Both the position numbers and the translations under genes were made by a program. Below, in pieces: positions 23,998 to 36,449 of a DNA stretch of 36,449 bases. The DNA is taken from contig NC_068988.1 of assembly GCF_001194135.2 (NCBI RefSeq), forward strand, positions 17,607,129-17,643,577, given 5' to 3'. The notes under the pieces were generated by a model, which saw only the letters and a program-made list of their open reading frames with translations, did no database searches and had not been told where the DNA came from. Origin of the DNA: Octopus bimaculoides (lineage: Eukaryota). Every line of letters begins with the position of its first letter. Within the stretch, counting starts at the first letter, position 1.

Positions 23998-24610
23998 ATA
24001 ATGATCCCTGAGAGGAACGAAGAACCACTCATCGTGAATCAGTATATCTGTTTGTATGACCTTTTTGTCTTTATTTATCGATCAATCTCATTTTGAGTTT
24101 CGATTTCCTCCCGTTACATACTTGAGACTAATCTCTCCACACAATTGTCACCCTTACGTTCTAAGTTCAAATTCCGCTGAGGTCGACTTTGCCTTTCATC
24201 CTTTCGAGGTTGATAAATTACGTACCAGTTGCGTACTGGGTCGACCTAATCGACTGCCCCACCCCTGAAAAATTTCGGGCCTTGTGCTTAGAGTAAAAAA
24301 AAAAATAATGATCATTGAGAGGGACGAGGAACCAATCATCAAGAATCAGTATATTTGTTTGTTTGTATTTTTCTCTTTATTTATCGATCAATCTCGTTTT
24401 GATTTTCGATCTGCTCCCCTTACATATTTTCAGGCTAATCGACACAGAATTGTCACCCTTATGTTCTAAGTTCAAACTCCACCGAAGTTGATTTTGCCTT
24501 TTATACATTCGAGGTCGATATGATGAGTACCAGTTCAGCTCTAGGGACGACGTAATTGGCTGTGCCTTTCCCTCTGAAACTACTGATGTTGTGCTAAAAA
24601 TTGGAAGGCA
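23998..24610 (+). repeat. Two ~307-bp tandem units, each a ~150-bp leader fused to a headless family B SINE body
   Basis: Units start at 23998 and 24305 (ataatgatc...gagagg); leaders align closely; each continues into gttctaagttcaaa and the family B central domain. Confidence 0.85.
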
Positions 24611-24617
24611 TTTAAAT

Positions 24618-25046
24618 CGGCGAGCTGGCAGAACTGTAATCACACTGGACAAAAAGCGTAGCGACATTTCTTCATATTCATTACCTTCCGAGTTCAACTG
24701 TACCTGTCATCTTTTTGGGGTCGATAAAATAAATACCAGATGAGCACAGTGATCGATCTTATTGACCAATACCCTTCCCATAAAATTACTAGCCTTGTAC
24801 GAAATTTGAAAACATTATTATTAATAGTAGGGCGATAGATTGGCAGAACAATCAGAGCATCGGATAAACCTTTCTTTCACTTCATGTTCTGAGTTCAAAT
24901 TCCGTTTTGGAAAATTTAACTTTGATCATTTCAGACTCAATAAAATATAGAACCACTGAAGTACTGGACGTAGTGGTGTCAGGTAACCCAACTAATATCA
25001 CTCATATCTGCTGACCTTGTACAAACATTTGAAACGATTATTATTA
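24618..25046 (+). mobile_element. Two decayed head-to-tail family B SINEs (24618-24824, 24829-25046)
   Basis: ggcgagctggcagaa and ggcgatagattggcagaa heads; both end in gaaa(c)..attattatta. Confidence 0.75.
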
Positions 25047-25423
25047 GGTGTGGGAGTGGCTGTGTGGAAAGTAGCGTGCTTACCAACCACACGTTTCCGG
25101 GTTCAGTCCCACTGGGTAGTACCTTGGGCAAGTCTCTTCTACTATAGCTTCGGGCCGACCAAAGCGTTGTGAGCCGATTTGGTAGCTCGTCGTATATATA
25201 CGTATATACATATATGTGTGTGTGTGTGTGTGCATGTTTGTGTGACTGTGCTTGTGTGTCTGTGTTTACGTCCCCGTAACTTAGCGGTTCGGCATAAGAA
25301 ACCGATAGAATAAGTACTAAACTTACAAAGAATAAGTCCTGGAGTCGATTTGCTCGACTAAAGGCGGTGCTCCAGCATGGCCGCAGTCAAACGACCTAAA
25401 CAAATAAAAGAGTAAAAGAGTAA
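25047..25423 (+). mobile_element. CORE-SINE, family C (resembles octopus OR-type from memory; name unverified)
   Basis: tRNA-like head with gggttcagtccc B box, CORE motif accttgggcaagt at 25121-25133, internal (TA)/(TG) tract, aaaagagt tail. Confidence 0.85.
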
Positions 25424-25438
25424 TTATTTGTAGCAGCA

Positions 25439-25632
25439 AGGCCGCGAGCTGGCAGAATCGTTAGCGCGCCGGGCAAAATGTTTAGCGGTGTTTCGTCCGC
25501 CCTCACCTTCTGAGCTTAAATTCTGTTGAGGTCGACTTTGCCTTGCATCTTTTCAGGATCGACGAAATAAGTACGAGTTACGCACTGGGGTCGATGTAAT
25601 ACGCTTGCCCCCTTCCCCCAAATTTCAGGCTT
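25439..25632 (+). mobile_element. Family B SINE followed by (GTA)n
   Basis: Collinear with 7455-7680. Confidence 0.88.
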
Positions 25633-26860
25633 TGTAGTAGTAGTAGTAGTAGTAGTAGTGTTTCATCACTCTCGACATGCTATTCATTAGTATTTATGCA
25701 CCTGAAAGTGTTGCACTACTTATGCTGTCATCACGATCATAGTAAATTTTATAAATATCTGTTGTTGTTGTTGTTGTTCTTATTCTTCTTCTTGTTTCAC
25801 CCTGTTCGTATGCGTACCTACCAGAAAATCTCTGGGATTAACTCACGTATAATATGCATAAAATAATACTGCAATTAACGTATATTTTCGCCGGATTTAA
25901 AGCTGGTGGTGTGTGTGTTTGCTATTAAACTTATATTTTCAGTATTTTATTTATTTCTGCATAAGAGAGTTGAGGTTGTGTTTGACTCCGTGTATTTTCC
26001 TACCAGAAATACATTTGCATCTCGTTCACTGTAAACATATAATATCTTTCTATATATTCACTTATCTATCTATCTATCTATCTCTGTCTATCTATCTATT
26101 TATCTATCTATTCTATCTATTTATCTATCTATCTATTTATGTATCTATCGGCTGTTCTATATCTATCAACCTTTCAATAGATCTGTCACACTCTCTCTCT
26201 CCATTCAAACAAATATAATGGTACATACAGCATTTATACATGAATTATCATAATATCGTAACCATATAGTGCAATAAGTATTATAGAAACATACAATATC
26301 AATTTCATTATTGTTCTAATCGATGCAGTGCATGCTGAAAATTAAGGATTGAAACAACTTCACACGTACACGTCTGAATTACTTGGAGTAAGAAGGATAT
26401 AAACCAGAAGGGATAAATACCTTTAATATACCCTGGACCTGGAAAAATACATACGTTCATGTTTACATGTAAATTTACATAAATATATTTGTATAAATTT
26501 ATACAAGTCGATACAAACAAAAAGTATAAACCATTTCAATGTTAATTATTCGCTATGGAATCGTACTGAAGTAACTGAAGCTTTTGATTTATGAAACAAT
26601 CTAACATTGGCCTTTCTTGCGGTGTAAAAGTCCTTTAAAAATATGTATGCTGGAACCAGAACCGCTGGTGATGGTGGAGGAAATGAAGAAGATGACGAAC
26701 AAAGCCTTTTACTTCAGTTGTACGCTAAAAAGTAAGTTAGAAATCCTTGTAGGATCTGTTTCCATATTAGTCTCATTTCTTTGACATTTTTCGTTTATTT
26801 TCAATATTTTATTGTATATATATTTTTTTTAAATATTTAAATTGTATGATTTTAATACAG

Positions 26861-27120
26861 ACGCGAACGCAGGTGTATACATTAGAAGCTTGCTTCCCAG
26901 CTATCTGGTCTTGAGTGCATGTTTCGTGAATGGAACTGTTAGAGAAAAACTGAAAGAAATCCATCGGTTATATATGTGTGTGTGTGTGTGTGCGCGTGTG
27001 TGTACGTAAACATATCTATGTTTGTGGGAGTCTTTGTGTATTTATCTCGCCCCAACGCTTGACAGCATATATTGGTTTCCTTATGCACCGAATGATGTCG
27101 CAAAATAACATTATTCTATC
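26861..27120 (+). mobile_element. Decayed, internally deleted family C SINE
   Basis: agaagcttgcttccca head, aaactgaaagaa, (TG)n and cgcttgaca segments in the same order as family C. Confidence 0.55.
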
Positions 27121-28339
27121 ATCACATGCATACAGAAGTTATATACTCAAAAGCATCCATCTATAGAATGCTTAGCTAATAATGGTCCAGAGGAGGAAAT
27201 ATGACCAGGGACTTTACGTCTCGGCCAAAGATTAAATCCATTACCACTTTACTCTCTATGCATTTATTTCCCTCGCATGGCTTTAACAAAATTACAGGTA
27301 TAAATTACAATTAGTTTAAAGGTAATAGCTCACCACTCAAGGCCTGTTACCGTCTGTTTTACCAAAATTTATTATGGTGCTTGATAATTAGTCCTGCTCA
27401 GCCTTGCATGTGTATATGTGTGTGTGGTTTGCGCGTGTATGCGTTTGTATGTGTGTATATGTAAGTACATATATGTATGTAGAAGCAAAGCCTATAACAT
27501 CTACATAACACTAAGAACAGCATCAAGGAGCTACAAAAGGTCCTTGAAGTCACACGCAACATAATCGAAACGGGATACATATTTAATATCGTTAATTTAG
27601 TCTTGGATTTACTGCACATAGGAAAAGGACACGTACAGGCTCGTACACTTGCACAAGCACATACATATATGTAGGCGTTCATACATGAATACATACTTAA
27701 ATACAATGCTTCTAATACCCCATGATGGCAATTAATAACCCTGATATTTAAAATCCACATTTCAGCGTAAATTCTGTATTTTAACCTACTTTGTACAGAT
27801 GCATAGCCATTTTAGAGCACATTTCTAACAATAGCACAATATCTTCAATGGTTGTATCTGCAGATAGATTTTTTACTTTATCCTTTTCAAGAAATATCAC
27901 GACTTAATACAACGACGACATAATAAACAGAGCTTGTCTCCAGAATCTGATTTGAAAAGGAAATATTTTAATGGAATAAAATTGCACGCTATGGAGTCGT
28001 CATCCTGTGAACCAGCTTTCTCGTTTCTGTGAAGGAAAATTGATCTGTTCAGTAACACAATGTCTTTTATGAGATATGTGGTAATTGTTAACCTTTAAAA
28101 TGCTTACATAGTTTATATTAATTTGTAAGTTATGACTCATGCGTGAGATGCGTGGCATAATAAGTTTCATTGTATCGCCAGGTTTACGGTCGGTTTTGAC
28201 TGCGATAATAATGCACGTCATTTCATTTAGTAAACGTAATTGTGATATTTTTTCTTATGTAAAGACAGTTATGTTGCGATCACACGTAAATGCTGTCATC
28301 AAATTGGGAATTGTAAGACCCAAACAAAAGTAATTATGC

Positions 28340-28344
<5 letters not shown>

Positions 28345-28428
<84 letters not shown>

Positions 28429-28620
28429 ATATATATATGTATGTATATATATACGTGTCTGTGTGTAGGAAGTATACTTGCATAAATATGTATAAAAATA
28501 CATATATATTATATATATATACAAACTTATATTTATGTGTGTGTGTGTGTGTGTGTGTGCGCGTATGTGCGTGTACGTATGTGTGTGTATGTGTGTGTGT
28601 GTGTAGATAGATAGATAGAT
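28345..28620. repeat. (TA)n/(TG)n/(GATA)n compound microsatellite
   Basis: Directly visible. Confidence 0.95.
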
Positions 28621-28793
28621 AACTTAGATTGGCTTCGGCCATTATTGGCCCAGGCCTTGACTAACTCAATAGCAGCACCTGGAAAAGTCTTTCAGTTAGT
28701 TATTTCGGGACACCACTCAAGCAGACAGTATTGTTAGTTGAGACGTATGCAGGTGTAAGTGGTTTATCCGGTTTTTCCTGGAGTCATGCATGC

Positions 28794-28854
<61 letters not shown>

Positions 28855-29026
28855 TGCAAATACACCCAAATTTATGAACATGCCTTCATAGATGCATATT
28901 GACACACGTATGGACATATACCCAAATACTCCTACGTGTGTATGGACACTATTACAACCTTGAATATAGATACACGTAGTTATACAGGTGTTCAGTAGAC
29001 GGGCCACAACGAAAGAATAGTAAAAA

Positions 29027-29074
29027 GTTAAAATATGATGAACTGACTTTAAAGTCAGTTCATCATATTTTAAC
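29027..29074. repeat. Perfect 48-bp palindrome with no spacer
   Basis: gttaaaatatgatgaactgacttt|aaagtcagttcatcatattttaac; the two halves are exact reverse complements. Confidence 0.97.
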
Positions 29075-29169
29075 ATCTATTTATCGATATCTCTATATTT
29101 CTCTTCACCCTTCTCCCCTCCTACTTTATCCCTCTTTCCTGCATCCCTCTTTCTCTCTTCCTCTCACTG

Positions 29170-29460
29170 CGAGACGCATGATTTAGCGGTTAGGGTGTTG
29201 CACTAGCGATCGTGATTTCAAATCTTAGACCTGAAGGTGCGTTATGTTCTTGAACCAAACCCCTTTATCTCATGTTGCTCTGCGATTGCCGCGACACCTG
29301 ACGCGCAGTATACAGTGAACCTGTTCACACAACGTGGTTTTAGTGGAGAGAGTGAAGAGGGCCCTAATGTCCGGCATGGAAATTTAATCACTATAAGCAA
29401 ATCATTTATGGAGGTCGATCGGCAGAAGCTGAACGCTTATACGACGCCTTCGACAGGAGG
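29170..29460 (+). mobile_element. Decayed family D SINE
   Basis: Collinear with 6815-7085 (gatcgtga..., aatcactataa, aagctgaac, cgacaggag). Confidence 0.65.
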
Positions 29461-30135
29461 TTCCTTTACACGCCCACACACACACACACACACACACAGA
29501 CAGACACACACACACACACCTGTGTGAGAGTGTGCTTGCACCCCGTATGCAGATACATATATACATACATATATACAAACATACGTATGTGTATGTGTCT
29601 GCGTTTGTGTGTGCGTGTCTCTGTGTGCGTCTGCGTGCGTGTATATATATATATAATGGGTAAATGTATATTTATTGTTGTGGAAGGGAGAAGGTAAAAC
29701 AAAAATGAAGCATTTGTACGTACATGTACATGAATATATTCACATATAAGTATACACAGACATATATACATATGTACGTGCTCACTCATTCACATGCATA
29801 CTCACACACTAACACATATATGTATACATATGCATACCTGTATATAATTAAATGTATGTATATATGTGTGCATATAGACATGCATACGCACATATACACA
29901 TGCTATGTGCTTATAATTATGCTTACATTTTACACCTGTACGATACTAATATGAACTCATTTATATTCACAGGTGCACATAAATAAATAAAAATGAATGC
30001 ACACATTTTAAATACCTGTTAGTATGTATATACACGTAGCGTGGACATACATACAGGTATATGCTCATAAAGGTATTAATGATGATGTTGATGAAGGAAT
30101 TACGGTGTGGAATATAATTGAATATCGCACAATTT

Positions 30136-30187
<52 letters not shown>

Positions 30188-32073
30188 AAATGAATAAGTT
30201 AATAAATAAATGGGTAAATATATATAAATACACACACACATGCATAAATAATAAAATAAAGAGATATGAAATGAAGAGAAAGATGCCGAAAATTAATATA
30301 TGAAGGAAGGTGTTTGAACTAAGATTTTAATTATTGATAAATTGAAGTACAGCAGTAATACATTTCTATTTTGAGAAAGACTTGTGCTTGTTCTCTGGTA
30401 TAGGTGCTTGTATAATTCGTAATATAATTCCAGGAGAAAACGGTGTGCAATTTCCAAATTGCAATGAACTGTGAGTGCATTGGTGCCCAAAATGGTATTG
30501 TGCAAACTACGTTGTGAATAAGAGAATTACAAACGAATAAGAATAAATTCGTTTTAGTTCTCATTGTTTACATTTCCATTAAATTATATTCAAACCGAAA
30601 TGTCATATTCAAGTGTTTACGTGCAATTTGCCAACAGGTAACAATAAGCAGCACTAGGGATGTTTAATATATGCTATTCATTTGTTTCTGGACGTCTCTT
30701 GAAGAGATTTTCTGTATTTCTGGTATTTCTATCATATTAAAAACCACAATTACTAAAATAATCTTCATCTATGAGCGATTTGAGTTGTTGTTTGAAGAAG
30801 AACCAACACAGAAAAGGACACTTTTTGGAAGATTTCAGCAATAATGAAACACAATTTTTCGTGAAGCCAACAATGAATTGACGTGTTTTGGTATTTTACT
30901 ATTAAACAATAGAAAGAAGAACAGTGCTAATGTCAATCTGAAATACTTCCTTCTCTGAGGCGTGGAAAGCAGGAAGTTCGTTCTCAGACTGGAGACGTGA
31001 CTAAATGCTTAGTCTCTTCTTTGAAATACATACAACCAGCCAGACATTAGGCATTTAAAGGGTATCAGATGAATTATGGCACCCAGCAATAGGAAACAAC
31101 GTCTTAATGACACAACCATGGAGTTGCTAGAGGAAAAGAACGATTCCTAGTTCATATGTAGACACTTGTTAAATGCATTTAATTCTCTTTAGAAAAGAGC
31201 TTTACTGATTATAATCATATAAAGGTTGTATATGATATATGTTGAATATAATCGTATACAGACAAGTGGCAATAACTATTCTTTTTAAGATATCAATACT
31301 GAAAAAAAAAAAAGAAGAGTGAGTGCTACTCGTTATAAATTAGTCTAGCAACCCTGAAATAGATTTATGCCAATATAACTTGCATCATTCTTTTCTATTT
31401 GCATTATTTTTACTTCCCCTCTAAACCTCATTGGTTCTACAAAACAATACTCTGGGGCTTCTCTGATCCTAAGCTGGTCAGATTAGTTAAGTCCGTTCTG
31501 TATATATTTCTTGACAGTCCAAGAAAGACTTTCTGATAAATTTCGGATAATTAAGTCTCTTTGCATTCATTTTATATGCGCTAGGACTTATATCACCAAA
31601 CATAGCTTACATATTAAGTATATTTTCCCATGGGTGACTATCTTAAATATTTAGCACAAAGTTGATTTTAATGCCAAATCACATGACAGAAACTATGACA
31701 TACGACACCAAGTTTCGTATACGGTCATTAATGATAATTCTAAAAGTATATGCTAAATGTTATTAAAACCGGAGATTAACGGAGATTAGACTGTCGACAT
31801 GTAGTTGAGTTCTACTTGCTATGTTCACTGTGTTGCCAACAATAGTGAAATCTTCATGCACTATAGAAAGTCAATTGAAATTTTACGGTATTTCCGGACT
31901 TTCTTGCATAAAACAACAGGAAATGAAATCTGTTGCATTGTGAAATGAAATACAAAGCTTCTCAATCTCTCTGAAAATCCTTTTTCCCCTGCTTTCTTTT
32001 TCGATCAATCTTTTTCTCACTCACTTGAACACGCAGTCACTCACGTTCAATTTCTTCCCTCCCTCTCATCTCA

Positions 32074-32132
<59 letters not shown>

Positions 32133-32965
32133 TCTCTCTTCTCACTCATCCACTCTCTATTTCACTTCTACAAGCTGTCATTTTCTTTCTCTGCAGCTGG
32201 GTCCTTCAGTCATTCTTTTATCTCTTCGTGTCTACCACGTTTTCTCCATCTATTTGTCTTCAGTTCGCTTTTATAATTTTTTCTTTCTCTCCATGCTATT
32301 ATTCCATTATGAGTCATCTTCTTATATCCATCTTATATGTCATTTCTTCCGTCTCTCATTCTGTCTGTAGAAATCTTTGTTTCTTTCCACTTGACACTCT
32401 CACTTCAATCTATTTCTTTTCTCCTCATAAAATGATTTTTCTATAAATTTCCACCTCTTTTCATTTCAACATAAATATATTTACATTTGTCACTTTGAAT
32501 GTTTCTCAATATGTAATAGGAAAAATTTTAATCTGCATTAATCCTAATCTGGTTATAATTATTTAGCTCTCTTGATCTCATCTTCAGCTATTATTTCAGA
32601 GAAATTGATAAACTAATATATTATCCCGTATAATCTTCTATGCACGTGCTACTTACAATGTAACCCGCAAAACACTATTATTTATGCCATTATTACTATT
32701 ATTAAGAGCAAATTCCTGCACCTCCTGATGCTTATCCCTTTGCACCACCTCTTGCTCCTGCAGCTACTGTCCCTATTTCTACTTTTCCACATCATCATTA
32801 TTATTTTCATCAGCTCAGTTACTTTTGTTGCCAACATTATTCGAATTATCCTAGCACTCAATTTATCACTAACCATTGATGTGTTGATGTATGTGGGATT
32901 TTCCTTGCTATTTCCATGTATCGCTATCCAGCTCTTAATCTATAACGAATCTGAATCTGAAAGTT

Positions 32966-33006
<41 letters not shown>

Positions 33007-33354
33007 CAGTAGTAGTAACAGACACAGAGGAATTTCAATTATCCCCACGTGGTAAATTGTTATATATATATATATATATATAAGAAATTAAATATATATA
33101 TANNNNNNNNNNNNNNNNNNNNNNNNNNNNNNNNNNNNNNNNNNNNNNNNNNNNNNNNNNNNNNNNNNNNNNNNNNNNNNNNNNNNNNNNNNNNNNNNNN
33201 NNNNNNNNNNNNNNNNNNNNNNNNNNNNNNNNNNNNNNNNNNNNNNNNNNNNNNNNNNNNNNNNNNNNNNNNNNNNNNNNNNNNNNNNNNNNNNNNNNNN
33301 NNNNNNNNNNNNNNNNNNNNNNNNNNNNNNNNNNNNNNNNNNNNNNNNNNNNNN

Positions 33355-33388
<34 letters not shown>

Positions 33389-33443
33389 GTCTTTAAATGT
33401 GATCAAATGATAATTTCGTTCTGTAGAAATTTATGTAACGAAA

Positions 33444-33514
33444 CTTGTATCTCCGAGCAATCCTTCAGGTTCAATGAAGATGTATTCAACCTGAAGGATT
33501 GCTTGGGACACAAG
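33444..33514 (+). ncRNA. Candidate pre-miRNA-like hairpin (71 nt)
   Basis: 16 consecutive Watson-Crick pairs (33456-33471 with 33488-33503) inside a ~30-bp stem with a 6-nt loop; its three G-U pairs form only on the + strand. No expression evidence. Confidence 0.35.
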
Positions 33515-33845
33515 GCACGTTATATAAATCCGTCGAATTATTGTATTTCGACAGCATGAAATGATTAGTAGCTCATATTTGAATACTGTGTATTTTAAAT
33601 GATATTTATCGCTGACTGAATGGGCGGATAATTTTAGAGAATGAAAGGATACCATTTTTATTCTTCTAATAGACATCATGAAAGCTCATATCAGGATATG
33701 AGCATTCATAGATTTAGAGTTGTCGTAACAAATGGGGTGCTGTTAAGTGTAAGTTGTCGAAAATTAGATGTAACTGCAGGTTAACCTGATTATTCAGTTT
33801 TAAAGTATAAATTTTTAACTTGTTTCTTATATATTTGTGTGTGTG

Positions 33846-34190
33846 TCAAAAGAAGGAACAGGATATCAAGTAGTGGCGCAGTACGACCGTTTCAAGCGGT
33901 TCCATTTAATTCACCAATGCAATCATTACATCAATTTAAATGCAGTGCCATCATCAGCTGCACAAAGAAATAAATTCAATTTCAACCAGTCGGGCACATT
34001 AATATAATTTTTCTCAAATACATTAAAATATATTAATGTGTCCGGCTGGTTAAAATTCTATTTATTTATTTGTGCAGCGAATGAGGGCACTGCATTTAAA
34101 TTGATGCAATGATTGCATTGTTCAATTAAAATGGAGTCGCTTGAAACGGTCGTACTGCATCACTACTTAATATCCTGTTGCTTATTTTGA
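33846..34190. repeat. 345-bp foldback / MITE-like inverted repeat
   Basis: Arms 33846-34006 and 34029-34190 are about 88% complementary by hand alignment (about 19 mismatches, 1 indel), with a 22-nt spacer. Confidence 0.92.
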
Positions 34191-34256
34191 TTTTATTCAC
34201 CTTACTTCGAACGGTGGGGATAATACCGGACTGACTTGGTGCTTCAACTTAAGTAC

Positions 34257-34439
<183 letters not shown>

Positions 34440-35314
34440 GTATATATATGTATATATATATATATAGTGTGTGTGTGTGTGTATGTTTATATAAAGAAAT
34501 GTACGAGCATATATACAGGAGACCAGTATGTGTATGTAAATGTGTATACATATATATAAATGTATGTATATGCATATATGAATACACCTATATATATCTA
34601 TATGCATGTGTGTACGTATATGCATGTGTGTGTGTATGTATATATATATATATACACACACACATGCATATATACGCGCACAAACACACACGTATATAAT
34701 AGGCCTCATCGACTATTGAGTCCGTTATTTCGTTATTTACGTCTGTATATCTGTGTAGTTTATGTTTGAGTGAGATAACAAGTATACATTTATGTCAATG
34801 TTTGTAAATTTATACAGAGTTATATTTTCATAAGTTGTGTTAATAAATACAGCAGTGAGAATCGTTGCCATTACTTCTCATAGTATATATTACGCTGTCT
34901 TTCGATAAATATATAGGAACGCATTACCATATTCATTCGGGGTACCTTGTTTTGTCTTATAGCATTGTATATTGAATTTTATTTGGAAATGCCAGGTGTT
35001 GTCCCAGAGACTGACAAAATTAAACGATGGTTTATGTTGTTTTGACTTACATTTACTTGCGAAGTAATTTCTTGAAGGAAAGGATAAGAAAAAAGATTGG
35101 GATAACTATATAGCAAGAATCTTAATTGAACTATTTCCTCATATATGTCCCAACTGTGCGCTTTATGTTGTTCAATAAACCAAAAGATACAATATTTTTT
35201 TTATGTACAACTTCTGAGCATCATACACATGCCTACAAATAAATTAGGTGATATAACATAAACAAAGCACCGCCTACCTCATATATACAGAGAGAGAGAG
35301 AAAGAGAGAGAGAG

Positions 35315-35364
<50 letters not shown>

Positions 35365-36407
35365 TGTGTGTGTTGGAGAGATAGATATATACATACATAC
35401 ATTGATACATACACATTCCCATGCATATATATGTATGTACATATGTACTTGTGTGTTAGATGTATTTCAAAGGGGGGGGGAGAGAGAGAGAGCTTAGGAG
35501 CCATATTGAACAAACTGGAATGTAAATAGACACATCGCTCGAAGAATATTCGTGCATTAACAACAAACACGCTGAATAGTTGAACTGATCATCTTTGCTG
35601 ATCAAACATTAATATTTAGATTCGTGTTAGCTTCTCTAATAACATATCCAGCAGGCATAAAAAAGAAATAAGTGAAGTATGAAGGGTAACTGTTACCCTA
35701 AGCTGGTTAAACGGTGTATTGATCGTATCTAATATCTGCTGAAATAAGCCATTCTTCCCTTGATGAGGCAATATTTATAATATTCTGTAGAAACTCTGAA
35801 GAAATTAATAACTTTGCTGTAATATATGTAAGATAATGACAGTTGGGTTCTTTTTACATTGTAACTCTGCCTCCGTGTACAGGATGTAATGCATGCATGA
35901 GCCTGTGTGCGCGCACGGAGTATGTGCGTGTAATGCAATATAACAGGGAATGTAACAAACAGAAGTGAGGATACAGGGACAAGATACTTGATGGAGGAAA
36001 TAGATCACATTTGTAGTTTACTGTTGTAGATTTTTGGTTGTGCTTATATGTGTATGTATCTAGTTTTGTTGCCTATATGTGTATGTATCGCATTTCAGTT
36101 TTGTTGTGACATCGTGTTTAGGGAAGTGCGCTGTAATTAATACAAAAGAAAAATTATACCAGTACAAATCCGGTGCAGCTTTCTCTCCGTGTTGTCACAT
36201 CCTGGCTATCTTGTTATACCCAGAGACAATACGTGGAAGGCTGAAATCTTGCTTATATCTGTTTAGTATTTCATAGGTGCATTATAGGGTTAGTGAAAAC
36301 ATAGTATGTACAATGAGTATCTATTTGTTTACGAGTGTCGAATATAGATTTTGTAGGATTTTAAATCATAGAGGGTTAACGAGCGATAATGTATGAAAGA
36401 AATGTAA

Positions 36408-36449
<42 letters not shown>

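Noticed and set aside
23998-25660. CRISPR-like repeat-spacer array
   Set aside because: The repeats are long SINE bodies in eukaryotic DNA with no constant short repeat and no cas genes.
26620-31640. Plus-strand exon-like segments (donors at about 26732, 28756, 30475) and short ORFs at 30.7-31.1 kb
   Set aside because: Several mutually incompatible joins are possible and no domain is recognisable.

Overview
AT-rich, repeat-dense animal genomic DNA from a gapped draft assembly. The SINE families and the (TA)n-bounded N gaps suggest an octopus or related coleoid cephalopod; this is inference and was not checked against any database. No host protein-coding gene could be recognised with confidence, and most tracked ORFs are translations of microsatellites or N runs. 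The window contains two R4/Dong LINE fragments, two Penelope-like element (PLE) remnants (one with a GIY-YIG frame and no visible RT, one with a minimal hammerhead ribozyme), a complete-looking non-autonomous Helitron and about a dozen tRNA-derived SINE copies from four families. It also holds two related Tx1/L1-type gag-like ORF1 elements, a 345-bp foldback, a pre-miRNA-like hairpin and a perfect 48-bp palindrome. The most unusual object is the 1.8-kb element at 17224-19026. It has an ORF1 (2 RRM-like + CCHC) with no visible ORF2, its own TATA and AATAAA, imperfect TG...CA termini and short direct repeats in permuted order. A 10-N gap inside it could hide missing sequence.
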